This document shows positions 7,038 through 15,595 of a DNA stretch of 64,000 nt, one piece after another. The stretch is from NCBI GenBank assembly GCA_934255455.1, contig CAKQNS010000003.1, forward strand, positions 38,666 to 102,665. The letters run 5' to 3'. The position numbers and the translations under genes were made by a program. How positions within the stretch are numbered: the stretch's first letter is position 1; each line of letters starts with the position of its first letter. Under the pieces are notes generated by a model. That model was not told the origin of the DNA. It did no database searches and worked only from the letters and a program-made list of their open reading frames with translations. This DNA is from an uncultured Alphaproteobacteria bacterium (GTDB lineage: Bacteria; Pseudomonadota; Alphaproteobacteria; Rs-D84).

Positions 7038-9908
7038 ATGAGTGGAATAATAAAAATTCGCGGTGCACGCGAAAATAATCTTAAAAATATTGATTTGGAC
7101 ATACCAAAAAACAAATTGGTGGTCTTTACTGGTGTGTCTGGTTCCGGCAAATCGTCGTTGGCGTTTAATACCATTTATGCCGAGGGTCAACGCCGTTATG
7201 TTGAATCGCTGTCGTCGTATGCGCGCCAGTTTTTAGATATGCAGAAAAAGCCCGATGTTGATTTAATAGAGGGGCTGGCCCCGGCAATTTCTATTGAACA
7301 AAAAACTACATCAAAAAACCCGCGTTCAACGGTTGGCACCGTGACCGAGATTTACGATTACCTGCGTTTATTGTGGGCACGTATTGGTGTGCCGCATTCG
7401 CCGGTGACGGGTTTACCCATTAAATCGCAAACTATTGCTGAAATGGTTGATTGGACCATGAAAATTCCGGCGGGCACGCGCATTTACATCATGGCGCCAC
7501 TGGTACGCGAGCGCAAGGGCGAATACAAGAAAGAAATAGCATTCTTGATAAAGCAGGGGTATCAGCGCGCCATTGTTGATGGCGAATTGTATGATTTGTC
7601 GTCTGTGCCAGCGTTGGACAAGAATAAAAAACATAATATATTTGTAATTGTTGACCGTCTGGCCATGCCGGCGGCGGACGCCGACAGCAACGCGATTGAT
7701 GAATTCCGCAGTCGTATGTATTCTTCGTTCGAGGGTTCATTGCGCCTGGTGCCAGGATCGGTGTTGGTGCGTCGCCTGGACACGAACGAGGATGTGTTAT
7801 ATTCGCAAAACTATGCGTGTCCAGTCAGCGGTTTTACCGTACCGAAAATTGAACCGCGCCTGTTTTCATTTAATGCACCATTGGGCGCGTGCCCGGCGTG
7901 CGATGGTTTGGGTGTTCAATTGAATATGTCGCCCGATTTGGTAATACCGGATCCGTCTAAATCGATTCTAGACGGTGCGATTGCGCCGTGGTCGCGTGGC
8001 GGTATGCTGAGCCAGTTTGACCATCTGTTGGATGCGTTGCATAAAAAATACAAGATTCCGTTGTCGAAACCATGGCATACATTGACCGCCGAACAAAAGA
8101 ATTTGATTTTGTATGGCAGTGGGGATGAACCGATTAAAATCAACTGGAACGGATTTGTTTATGAAAAACCGTACGAGGGCGTAATCCCGAACATAGAACG
8201 CCGCTGGCGCGAATCGGATTCCGAGGCAATGAAGTCCGAACTGGCGAAATACCAATCGGAAAAGCCGTGCCCAATGTGCCACGGAAAACGTCTGAATATC
8301 CAGGCATTGTGCGTGAAAATCAACGGGTTTGACATTATGGATGCGTGCGATTTGGCGGTGGATGATTCGCTGCGTTGGTTTACGGATTTGCCGAATCATT
8401 TAACCCAAAAAGAAAACGGCATTGCGCGTGTTATCTTGCGCGAAATTACGTCACGTTTGCAATTTTTGCAGAATGTTGGCTTGGGTTATTTGACGCTGTC
8501 GCGTATGGCGGGAACCCTGTCCGGGGGCGAGGCACAACGTATTCGCCTGGCGTCCCAGATTGGCAGCGGCCTGTCTGGCGTGCTGTATGTGTTGGATGAA
8601 CCGTCAATTGGTCTGCACCAAAGTGATAATGATAAATTGCTGGAAACATTGAAAACCCTGCGGGACAAGGATAATACTGTTATCGTTGTTGAACATGACG
8701 AAGATGCCATGCGCGCGGCGGATTACTTGGTTGATATTGGCCGCGGTGCGGGGGTAAATGGTGGTAATGTTGTTGCCGCCGGAACACCGCAACAGGTGAT
8801 GAAGTGCCGGGATTCTTTGACCGCACAGTATTTGACGGGCAAGCGCAAGATTGATGTTCCCAAAACGCGTCGTGCGGGCAACGGCAAATCAATCACGATT
8901 ACCGGGGCGCGCGAAAACAACCTGAAAAACATAGATGTGGAATTTCCGCTGGGTAAATTTATTGCGTTGACGGGTGTGTCGGGGTCGGGTAAATCGACAC
9001 TGTTGCTGGACACATTGTATCCGGCATTGATGCGTGCGCTGTATAATTCGAAAATTGAAATGGGCGCGCACGATATTATTCGCGGTATGGAAAACGTGGA
9101 CAAGGTTGTTGATATTGACCAGTCGCCCATCGGGCGCAGCCCGCGCAGTAATCCGGCAACATATACGGGTGTGTTTTCAAATATCCGTGATTTCTTTGCC
9201 GGCTTGCCCGAGGCCAAGGCCCGCGGATATACATCGGGACGCTTTTCATTTAATGTCAAAGGCGGTCGGTGCGAGGCGTGCCAGGGTGATGGCCAGATAA
9301 AGATTGAAATGAATTTCTTGGCCGATGTGTATGTCGAGTGCGACAAATGCCACGGCACACGATATAACGAAGAAACATTGGCGGTAAAATACAAGGGCAA
9401 ATCAATCGCCGATGTGTTGGATATGACAGTGGACGAGGCGTATCACTTGTTCATCAATGTGCCACAAATTGCGCGTAAATTGGAATTGCTGAAACGCGTG
9501 GGGCTGGATTACATCAAACTGGGACAAAGTTCATTGGACCTGTCTGGGGGCGAGGCCCAGCGTATCAAACTGTCCAAGGAATTGGCGGCGCGCAGCACGG
9601 GGCAAACGATTTACATCTTGGATGAACCAACAACCGGGCTGCATTTCGAAGATATTAAAATGTTGCTGTCGGTGTTGCACGAATTAGTGGACGCAGGCAA
9701 CACGGTTATCGTTATTGAACATAACTTGGACGTAATAAAAACCGCGGATTGGGTTATTGATTTGGGGCCGTCGGGTGGTGCGGGTGGCGGCCGCGTGATT
9801 GCCACTGGTACGCCAGAGCAGGTTGCCGCGATTCCGGAATCGTTGACGGGAAAATACCTGCACAGATACCTTGACAAAACTACTAAAAATGCCACAATCA
9901 AAAAATAA
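7038..9908 (+). CDS. uvrA: excinuclease ABC subunit A
   Basis: Two ABC ATPase modules (GVSGSGKSS and GVSGSGKST), zinc-finger CxxC pairs and LSGGE signatures. 956 aa. Confidence 0.97.
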   Translation: MSGIIKIRGARENNLKNIDLDIPKNKLVVFTGVSGSGKSSLAFNTIYAEGQRRYVESLSSYARQFLDMQKKPDVDLIEGLAPAISIEQKTTSKNPRSTVGTVTEIYDYLRLLWARIGVPHSPVTGLPIKSQTIAEMVDWTMKIPAGTRIYIMAPLVRERKGEYKKEIAFLIKQGYQRAIVDGELYDLSSVPALDKNKKHNIFVIVDRLAMPAADADSNAIDEFRSRMYSSFEGSLRLVPGSVLVRRLDTNEDVLYSQNYACPVSGFTVPKIEPRLFSFNAPLGACPACDGLGVQLNMSPDLVIPDPSKSILDGAIAPWSRGGMLSQFDHLLDALHKKYKIPLSKPWHTLTAEQKNLILYGSGDEPIKINWNGFVYEKPYEGVIPNIERRWRESDSEAMKSELAKYQSEKPCPMCHGKRLNIQALCVKINGFDIMDACDLAVDDSLRWFTDLPNHLTQKENGIARVILREITSRLQFLQNVGLGYLTLSRMAGTLSGGEAQRIRLASQIGSGLSGVLYVLDEPSIGLHQSDNDKLLETLKTLRDKDNTVIVVEHDEDAMRAADYLVDIGRGAGVNGGNVVAAGTPQQVMKCRDSLTAQYLTGKRKIDVPKTRRAGNGKSITITGARENNLKNIDVEFPLGKFIALTGVSGSGKSTLLLDTLYPALMRALYNSKIEMGAHDIIRGMENVDKVVDIDQSPIGRSPRSNPATYTGVFSNIRDFFAGLPEAKARGYTSGRFSFNVKGGRCEACQGDGQIKIEMNFLADVYVECDKCHGTRYNEETLAVKYKGKSIADVLDMTVDEAYHLFINVPQIARKLELLKRVGLDYIKLGQSSLDLSGGEAQRIKLSKELAARSTGQTIYILDEPTTGLHFEDIKMLLSVLHELVDAGNTVIVIEHNLDVIKTADWVIDLGPSGGAGGGRVIATGTPEQVAAIPESLTGKYLHRYLDKTTKNATIKK

Positions 9909-9923
9909 AATAAGGAGTAAAAC

Positions 9924-10463
9924 ATGTTCGGATTTGGAAAAAAGAAACGCGATAATGTCGCCGCAGCATCGGTTGACACAAATAATACCCCTGACCAGGC
10001 AAAACAGATAGAGGATAAAATTCCATCCGGTATGAAGGAGACCGCCCAACGTATGATGTCGGGTCAATTTGATATGAATGATATGCTGGCCCAGTTAAAA
10101 CAGATTAAAAAAATGAGCAATTTCAGCGGCCTGTTGAAAATGGTGCCGGGAATGTCTGGCGCGGTTGCAGCCATGAAAGAAAAAATCAAAGACGGCAGTG
10201 TCGATGCCCAGATAAAGATTCTGGAAGCGATGACACCCGCCGAACGTGCCGAACCGGACAAGATTTTTGTCAATGCCAAGACCCGCATTGCCGAAACCGC
10301 TGGTTGCACGGTACGCGATGTTGAACACATTATTAAACAATATACAAAAATGCGCCAACAAATGGCTCTGGTCCAGCGTATGGGCGGTATGGAAGCGATA
10401 ATGGAAAAAATGAAAAAACAAGGAAATCAGCAAAATGCAAATAAATTTCAAAAGAATATTTAA
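9924..10463 (+). CDS. stand-alone SRP54/Ffh M-domain-like protein (no NG GTPase domain)
   Basis: FDMNDMLAQLKQIKKMSNFSGLLKMVPGM ... PDKIFVNAKTRIAETAGCTVRDVEHIIKQYTKMRQQM aligns to the Ffh M domain. Strong AAGGAG Shine-Dalgarno sequence 7 nt upstream. Only 179 aa. Confidence 0.7.
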   Translation: MFGFGKKKRDNVAAASVDTNNTPDQAKQIEDKIPSGMKETAQRMMSGQFDMNDMLAQLKQIKKMSNFSGLLKMVPGMSGAVAAMKEKIKDGSVDAQIKILEAMTPAERAEPDKIFVNAKTRIAETAGCTVRDVEHIIKQYTKMRQQMALVQRMGGMEAIMEKMKKQGNQQNANKFQKNI

Positions 10464-10701
10464 TTGGGATATTAAAAGCGTTTCTCCAATTCAGGCGGTT
10501 ATGGTGCCCAAGGGATACCGTGGCGAAGAATTGGTGGTGGAATATGCGTTTGATGTTGAATACAAACACCATGGTACACGTCATGTCGTGACCGATTCTG
10601 ATGACGAACGCACGCATGTTATCTATGGCGGTGCGGCACGCGCGGCCCAGGTTTTGCATCGTGATTATGTTCGCCGTATGAACGAACAGCGCGCACGCTA
10701 G
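10435..10701 (+). CDS. hypothetical protein (88 aa)
   Basis: ATG ORF overlapping the previous gene by 29 nt. Protein-like composition. No motif recognised. Confidence 0.35.
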   Translation: MQINFKRIFNWDIKSVSPIQAVMVPKGYRGEELVVEYAFDVEYKHHGTRHVVTDSDDERTHVIYGGAARAAQVLHRDYVRRMNEQRAR

Positions 10702-10757
10702 GTGGGCTCGCACACGGGGCACCCCGCAACGCACAGGCCACGCGGAATGACAATAAT

Positions 10758-11417
10758 ATGAAGATACTAAACAAAAAAATTGCTGCACATAAATCATCGG
10801 TTGCATGGTTACAACGCCAGGCGTCTGACCCGTATGTGGCGCGCGCACATCGCGATGGGTATCGCGCACGGGCGGCATATAAATTGATAGAAATGGATGA
10901 AAAATACCATTTCTTGAAAAATGGCCAGGTTGTTGTTGACCTGGGCGCGGCCCCGGGGTCATGGACACAATATGTTGTGCGCACATATCCGCGATCACGT
11001 GTTTTTGCAATGGATTTATTGGAAATCGCCCCAATTCCGGGTGTGGAATTTTACCAAGGTGATTTTACGACCGATGCTGCGCTGGATTGGTTGGTGGAAA
11101 AATTAAATTTGCCGGCCGATGCTGCGGGGCGGGGTACGGTGGATGTTGTGTTGTCTGATATGGCGCCGAACACAGTTGGGCATAAAAAGACCGACCACCT
11201 GCGTCAAATGGTGTTGTTGGAATACGCGTTTGATTTTGCGTGTCGCGCGCTGAAACCGGGCGGGACATTTGTCGCAAAATCGTTTACCGGTGGCACAACT
11301 GGCGAACTGATTCGCCAGATTAAACAGCGTTTTGAAACCGTACATCATATTAAACCGCCGGCATCGCGCGCGGACAGTGTAGAAATGTTTATCGTCGCCA
11401 CGGGATTTCGTGGATAA
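10758..11417 (+). CDS. rlmE: 23S rRNA (uridine2552-2'-O)-methyltransferase RlmE/FtsJ
   Basis: YRARAAYKLIEMDEKYHFL, SAM-binding motif VVDLGAAPGSW, and DVVLSDMAPN. Confidence 0.9.
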   Translation: MKILNKKIAAHKSSVAWLQRQASDPYVARAHRDGYRARAAYKLIEMDEKYHFLKNGQVVVDLGAAPGSWTQYVVRTYPRSRVFAMDLLEIAPIPGVEFYQGDFTTDAALDWLVEKLNLPADAAGRGTVDVVLSDMAPNTVGHKKTDHLRQMVLLEYAFDFACRALKPGGTFVAKSFTGGTTGELIRQIKQRFETVHHIKPPASRADSVEMFIVATGFRG

Positions 11418-11439
11418 CCCCCGCCCGTGGCGCGTTTTG

Positions 11440-12594
11440 TCAGAATATATATTTCAGGCTGGTGCCCCATGTCCAACCGGTGCGGCCACCATCACGACGC
11501 CCCAGGTTGATTGACATATTAAATCGGTCTATGGATTTTTCAATGCCTATGCCATATTCGGAATAGTTATCAAAATCTAATTCGGCCAATCGGACGCCCA
11601 TCACATTGGCGTCGCCACCATGTGCAAAATGAAACACATATTTGCCGCCGATAAATCCAAACCATCCATCGCCCAGATTCTTTATCGCGCGGGCGCCCGG
11701 CGCAATTTCAAACAAATTCATATTTTGGTTTTCGATGTATGTGCCGTCGCCCATTGTGTAATTTGCCGACTGAACCCAAGTATAGCCGCCGTATACACCG
11801 GGCTGTAATGTAAATGTTGGGTCCAATTCAATGTTATATGTCACATTCATGGCCGCACCAACCCACGCGTTTGCGTAATCGTGGCCGCGCATCGTACGTG
11901 TTGCCGCCACCGTGTTAAACAGCGCGCCACCATTCGCCACCACTGATAAATTCAGCCCGCCAATGGTATATCCACTGTACACGCCGACATAGCCGCCGTT
12001 TTCGTTAATGTCGATTAAATCGTTTTTCTGGGTGCCACCAACATAGCCCGCAAACAGCCCCCAATCGGATATACCGTTACCAAACTGGGCATCGCCACCG
12101 GCCAGACCAATTGTCACCAGGTCATAGTCAGAATCGACCGTCGCAAAATCATTAAAACTGGCATCGTCGGCGACATGTTGCCAATTCATCCAAACATTGT
12201 TTATTGTTGGGCGGATGGTTGCGATGTCGTCACCGCCGCTGCGCCCGCGCAATACGGTGCCATCGTCGCCATATTCGCCGTACATTGCCGGGGTGCCGTA
12301 TTCGGGCATGCGGCCATACATTTTCGCACTGTCGCCACGCGCACGTGGGGTGGGGCGATTGGCTGGTGTGACATTATCAACTAGTTTACCACGAGTGCCC
12401 AAGGCCGCCGACATAGTGCCCTCGAACGTGCCGATTGTGTGGTTCATAATGGTGTGCTGAATTGCACCAATGTTACGCACAGAAATGCCATTGGCCAACG
12501 CGTTCGCAGATGTCGCCGCCATGGCCGCGCCGTGCGATGTGCCAAATGCTGTGGCAAAAAACGATGCCAATGCTAAAACAGATGTGTGTTTCAT
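11440..12594 (-). CDS. outer-membrane autotransporter-type beta-barrel protein with a short passenger
   Basis: Signal peptide. The C-terminal ~270 aa alternate in a beta-strand pattern with Gly/aromatic repeats and end in a terminal F (SLKYIF), as in autotransporter beta domains. Confidence 0.65.
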   Translation of the reverse strand: MKHTSVLALASFFATAFGTSHGAAMAATSANALANGISVRNIGAIQHTIMNHTIGTFEGTMSAALGTRGKLVDNVTPANRPTPRARGDSAKMYGRMPEYGTPAMYGEYGDDGTVLRGRSGGDDIATIRPTINNVWMNWQHVADDASFNDFATVDSDYDLVTIGLAGGDAQFGNGISDWGLFAGYVGGTQKNDLIDINENGGYVGVYSGYTIGGLNLSVVANGGALFNTVAATRTMRGHDYANAWVGAAMNVTYNIELDPTFTLQPGVYGGYTWVQSANYTMGDGTYIENQNMNLFEIAPGARAIKNLGDGWFGFIGGKYVFHFAHGGDANVMGVRLAELDFDNYSEYGIGIEKSIDRFNMSINLGRRDGGRTGWTWGTSLKYIF

Positions 12595-12733
12595 ATCTCT
12601 TGCCCCCCGTTGTTCAATGACGATTATATCATATTTTTTTGTATTTTATAAAATAAAAAGCCCCATTGGAATAAAAGTGATATTTTCAATTTTTCATTTG
12701 AGGGTTATAGCTTTTTCGTGTATTATTTGGGGC

Positions 12734-13309
12734 ATGATTGAGAAGAACAAGATAAAAACTGATAAACCAATTGTTATGGTCGGCCTGATGGGGGCGGGCA
12801 AAACCAGTGTGGGGCGCGCATTGGCCCGAAAACTGGGGGTGCCGTTCGTTGATTCCGATAAAGAAATAGAGGCTGCGGCTGGGTGCAGCGTGGTGGATAT
12901 TTTTGCCCTGTACGGCGAGGATGAATTTCGTCGTGTTGAGCAACGCGTGATTACGCGACTGATGGATACGCCGCCCACAGCCAAGGTTATTTCCACCGGC
13001 GAGGGCGCATTTATTACCCCCGCGGTACGTGAAATTTTGGCGGGCAGGGCGGTAACAATTTGGTTAAAGGCAGAGTTGGATTTGCTTGTTAAAAGGACAA
13101 ATTTTCGCAATACGCGTCCGCAATTATTACATGCAGACAGTCGAAAAATTTTGGCTCAATTGATTAACGATAGGTATAAAACATACGCGCTGGCGGATAT
13201 TACGGTCGAGACTCGCGATGAAAGTCTGCGCAAAACGTTGGACAAGGTTTTGTCGGCGGTTGATAACCATTTTTCAAAAAAACGGGGGTGTGAATATGGC
13301 AAAAAGTAG
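12734..13309 (+). CDS. aroK: shikimate kinase
   Basis: IVMVGLMGAGKTSVGRALARKLGVPFVDSDKEIE, a P-loop plus the shikimate kinase signature. Start chosen at MIEKNK. Confidence 0.85.
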   Translation: MIEKNKIKTDKPIVMVGLMGAGKTSVGRALARKLGVPFVDSDKEIEAAAGCSVVDIFALYGEDEFRRVEQRVITRLMDTPPTAKVISTGEGAFITPAVREILAGRAVTIWLKAELDLLVKRTNFRNTRPQLLHADSRKILAQLINDRYKTYALADITVETRDESLRKTLDKVLSAVDNHFSKKRGCEYGKK

Positions 13310-13853
13310 TTTTCTGAAAGAATTTCGTTCGTTTGTTGAACGTGGCAGTGCTATTGATATGGCGGTTGGTATCATTGCCGGCGGTGTTATGACCAGCGTG
13401 GTCAATTCGTTAGTCAAAGATGTTATTATGCCACCAATAGGGTTGTTGGTTGGTGGTGTAGATTTTTCGCAGTGGTTCGTTGTGTTGGCGGGTGGCGCAC
13501 CAGGTGTTCATTACGCCACGGTGGCTGCGGCCCAGGACGCTGGCGCAACCACAATAAATATTGGGCTGTTTCTGAATTCAATTGTCAGTTTCTTGATAAC
13601 TATGTTTGCGGTGTTCTTGATTGTGCGGGTTGTTGGTAAAATGCGCGACAAAAAGGCTGTGACCACGCGTACATGTCCGTATTGTAAAACAACAATAAAT
13701 ATCGCGGCGACGAAATGTCCAAATTGTTGTTCTGATGTTAAACCGCTTGCGCCGGGCACAGATGAAGAAAGCGACTTGAAAAAGAACCTTAAAAATCTGG
13801 CGGACGCTGCGAGCGCGTCGGTTGCAAAAATCAAAAAGATAACAAAGCATTAA
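13296..13853 (+). CDS. mscL: large-conductance mechanosensitive channel MscL with a C-terminal CxxC..CxxC extension
   Basis: FKEFRSFVERGSAIDMAVGIIAGGVMTSVVNSLVKDVIMPPIG is canonical MscL. An extra tail follows: TRTCPYCKTTINIAATKCPNCCSD. Overlaps aroK by 14 nt. Confidence 0.85.
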   Translation: MAKSSFLKEFRSFVERGSAIDMAVGIIAGGVMTSVVNSLVKDVIMPPIGLLVGGVDFSQWFVVLAGGAPGVHYATVAAAQDAGATTINIGLFLNSIVSFLITMFAVFLIVRVVGKMRDKKAVTTRTCPYCKTTINIAATKCPNCCSDVKPLAPGTDEESDLKKNLKNLADAASASVAKIKKITKH

Positions 13854-13883
13854 AGTGTATTTGTAATAAAATAAATTAAAGAT

Positions 13884-13912
13884 AAAAAGCAGGGCTGTTG
13901 GCCCTGTTTTTT
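13884..13912 (+). terminator. intrinsic terminator of mscL
   Basis: AAAAAGCAGGGC-TGTT-GGCCCTGTTTTTTG. Confidence 0.7.
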
Positions 13913-13963
13913 GTGCCGAAATTTTGTAAATTTGGTGATTTTTCTGTCGCACATCGTCGAAAA

Positions 13964-14122
13964 TTATAACATCAGGCGGCATAACAGGGCGATTATCGTT
14001 ATAACCAGGCGAAATAATGCGTGGTGCGTGCATGTTAGTTGTTGATAGCGAATATAACAAATCGTGAATACTAAATTGTTTATACAAATTTTTATAGAAA
14101 TTGTTTTGTAGTACAGGTGCAT
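13964..14122 (-). CDS. candidate small hydrophobic protein (52 aa), speculative
   Basis: Hand-translated as MHLYYKTISIKICINNLVFTICYIRYQQLTCTHHALFRLVITIIALLCRLML. AAAGGAG Shine-Dalgarno sequence 7 nt upstream of the ATG. Lies in AT-rich ORF-free DNA, so a chance ORF is possible. Confidence 0.2.
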   Translation of the reverse strand: MHLYYKTISIKICINNLVFTICYIRYQQLTCTHHALFRLVITIIALLCRLML

Positions 14123-14811
14123 TTCTTTTCTCCTTTCATTATTTTGGATTTGTTTCCTTGGTTGTGTGTTGATGGGGTGACCATGGCGGGGTAATATATT
14201 ATAAAAAGGCGCATAATGTATATTATGTATAGTTATGGATTGTGAGAGGGGCGAAAACAGTGAAATGAATATAAATGGACGAACAATTGTGTTGGGTGTT
14301 TGTGGTGTGGCTAAATAATTTTTTGATGGTGCGCGGTATGAAAAATATATTTTTGATTTGTGTTTTTGTGCGGTGTGATTTTGATATGCGTATGCACCAT
14401 ATTAAATTGAAATAATTTATAACAATATTTATATATCATTTTGTTATTACGATTATAAAGCGCGTCGCGCATATTGTTGCGGTTTGAATATTTTTGTGGT
14501 GGTAATTATGGTGGTTTCTGGGGTCAAAAATCGGTAAATACGCCCTATTTTGCCCCGAAAAATTGCAAAAAGTGGCGGATTTCTGCGGTTTTTATGCGTT
14601 TTTTTGGGTCGTTTTTTTGTGTTTTTTTGGTGATTTTCGGTGGGGTGGTGGGGTAAATTTGTGGTTTGTAATTAAAAACTTTAACATAAGTTTATATTTA
14701 TTTGTTTATTGATTTGTTTTTTAATTTTATGCCGCGTGAAAATATTGTGTTTTTGCCGGCATTTTTTATAATGTTGATTTTTAATCCGCGGTAATTTATT
14801 ATGTACGTGTT

Positions 14812-15522
14812 ATGAGATTAGATGTTGCATTGGTTTCACAAAATATTTATCCAACGCGGGCGCGTGCCATCGCGGCGGTACATGCCGGATTGGTGACGAT
14901 AAATGGTGTGGTTGCCAAAAAGCCCAGCCAGCCCGTTTCCGATGTTGATTTGTTGGTCGGGGGCGATTTGCCCTATTCTGTTGGTCGCGGCAGTTTGAAA
15001 TTGGAACGCGCGCTGGATGAATTCAAAATAAATCCGGCTGGGATGGTGTGTCTGGACATTGGGGCCAGTACCGGTGGCTTTACATCGGTTTTATTGGCGC
15101 GTGGTGCCGCGCGTGTGATTGCGGTTGATGTTGGCACGAATCAATTGGTGGCCGAATTAAAAAATGATGCGCGCGTTTTATCGCTGGAACAGACCGATAT
15201 TCGTAATTTGAAGCCGATGTCGCCGGTCGATTTGGTGGTGATTGATGTGTCATTTATATCATTGGCAGATATTGCGCCGGTGTCGCGTGCGTGGGGGGCG
15301 CGTACAGTAATTGCGTTGATTAAACCCCAGTTTGAAGTTCCGCGCCACATTGCGGCGCGCAGTGCGGGCGTTATAAAATCGCGCGAATGGCACGAATATG
15401 CAATCAAGCGCGCCACAGACGCGTTTCGCGATGCGGGCTTTGTGTGTCGTGGATTAATACAATCGCCCATTCATGGCGGCAGTGGCAATACCGAATTTTT
15501 AGGGCTGTTTTTGGCCGAATAA
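14812..15522 (+). CDS. tlyA: TlyA-family rRNA (cytidine-2'-O)-methyltransferase
   Basis: S4-like N-terminus (RLDVALV...RARAIAAVHAGLVTING), GRGSLKLERAL, and the SAM motif CLDIGASTGGFT. Confidence 0.85.
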   Translation: MRLDVALVSQNIYPTRARAIAAVHAGLVTINGVVAKKPSQPVSDVDLLVGGDLPYSVGRGSLKLERALDEFKINPAGMVCLDIGASTGGFTSVLLARGAARVIAVDVGTNQLVAELKNDARVLSLEQTDIRNLKPMSPVDLVVIDVSFISLADIAPVSRAWGARTVIALIKPQFEVPRHIAARSAGVIKSREWHEYAIKRATDAFRDAGFVCRGLIQSPIHGGSGNTEFLGLFLAE

Positions 15523-15595
15523 ATGCGATTTTTGCCTTGAATTTCTGGGCGTTCGCGTATATCATTTAATCCGATTTTTAACAAAGGTATAAATT

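Noticed and set aside
13855-14811. Chromosomal replication origin.
   Set aside because: The region is AT-rich, but I found no TTATCCACA-like DnaA boxes and no TTAA-N7-TTAA CtrA sites by eye. The flanking genes, mscL and tlyA, are not typical oriC neighbours. The idea is kept only as an untested alternative in the corresponding finding.
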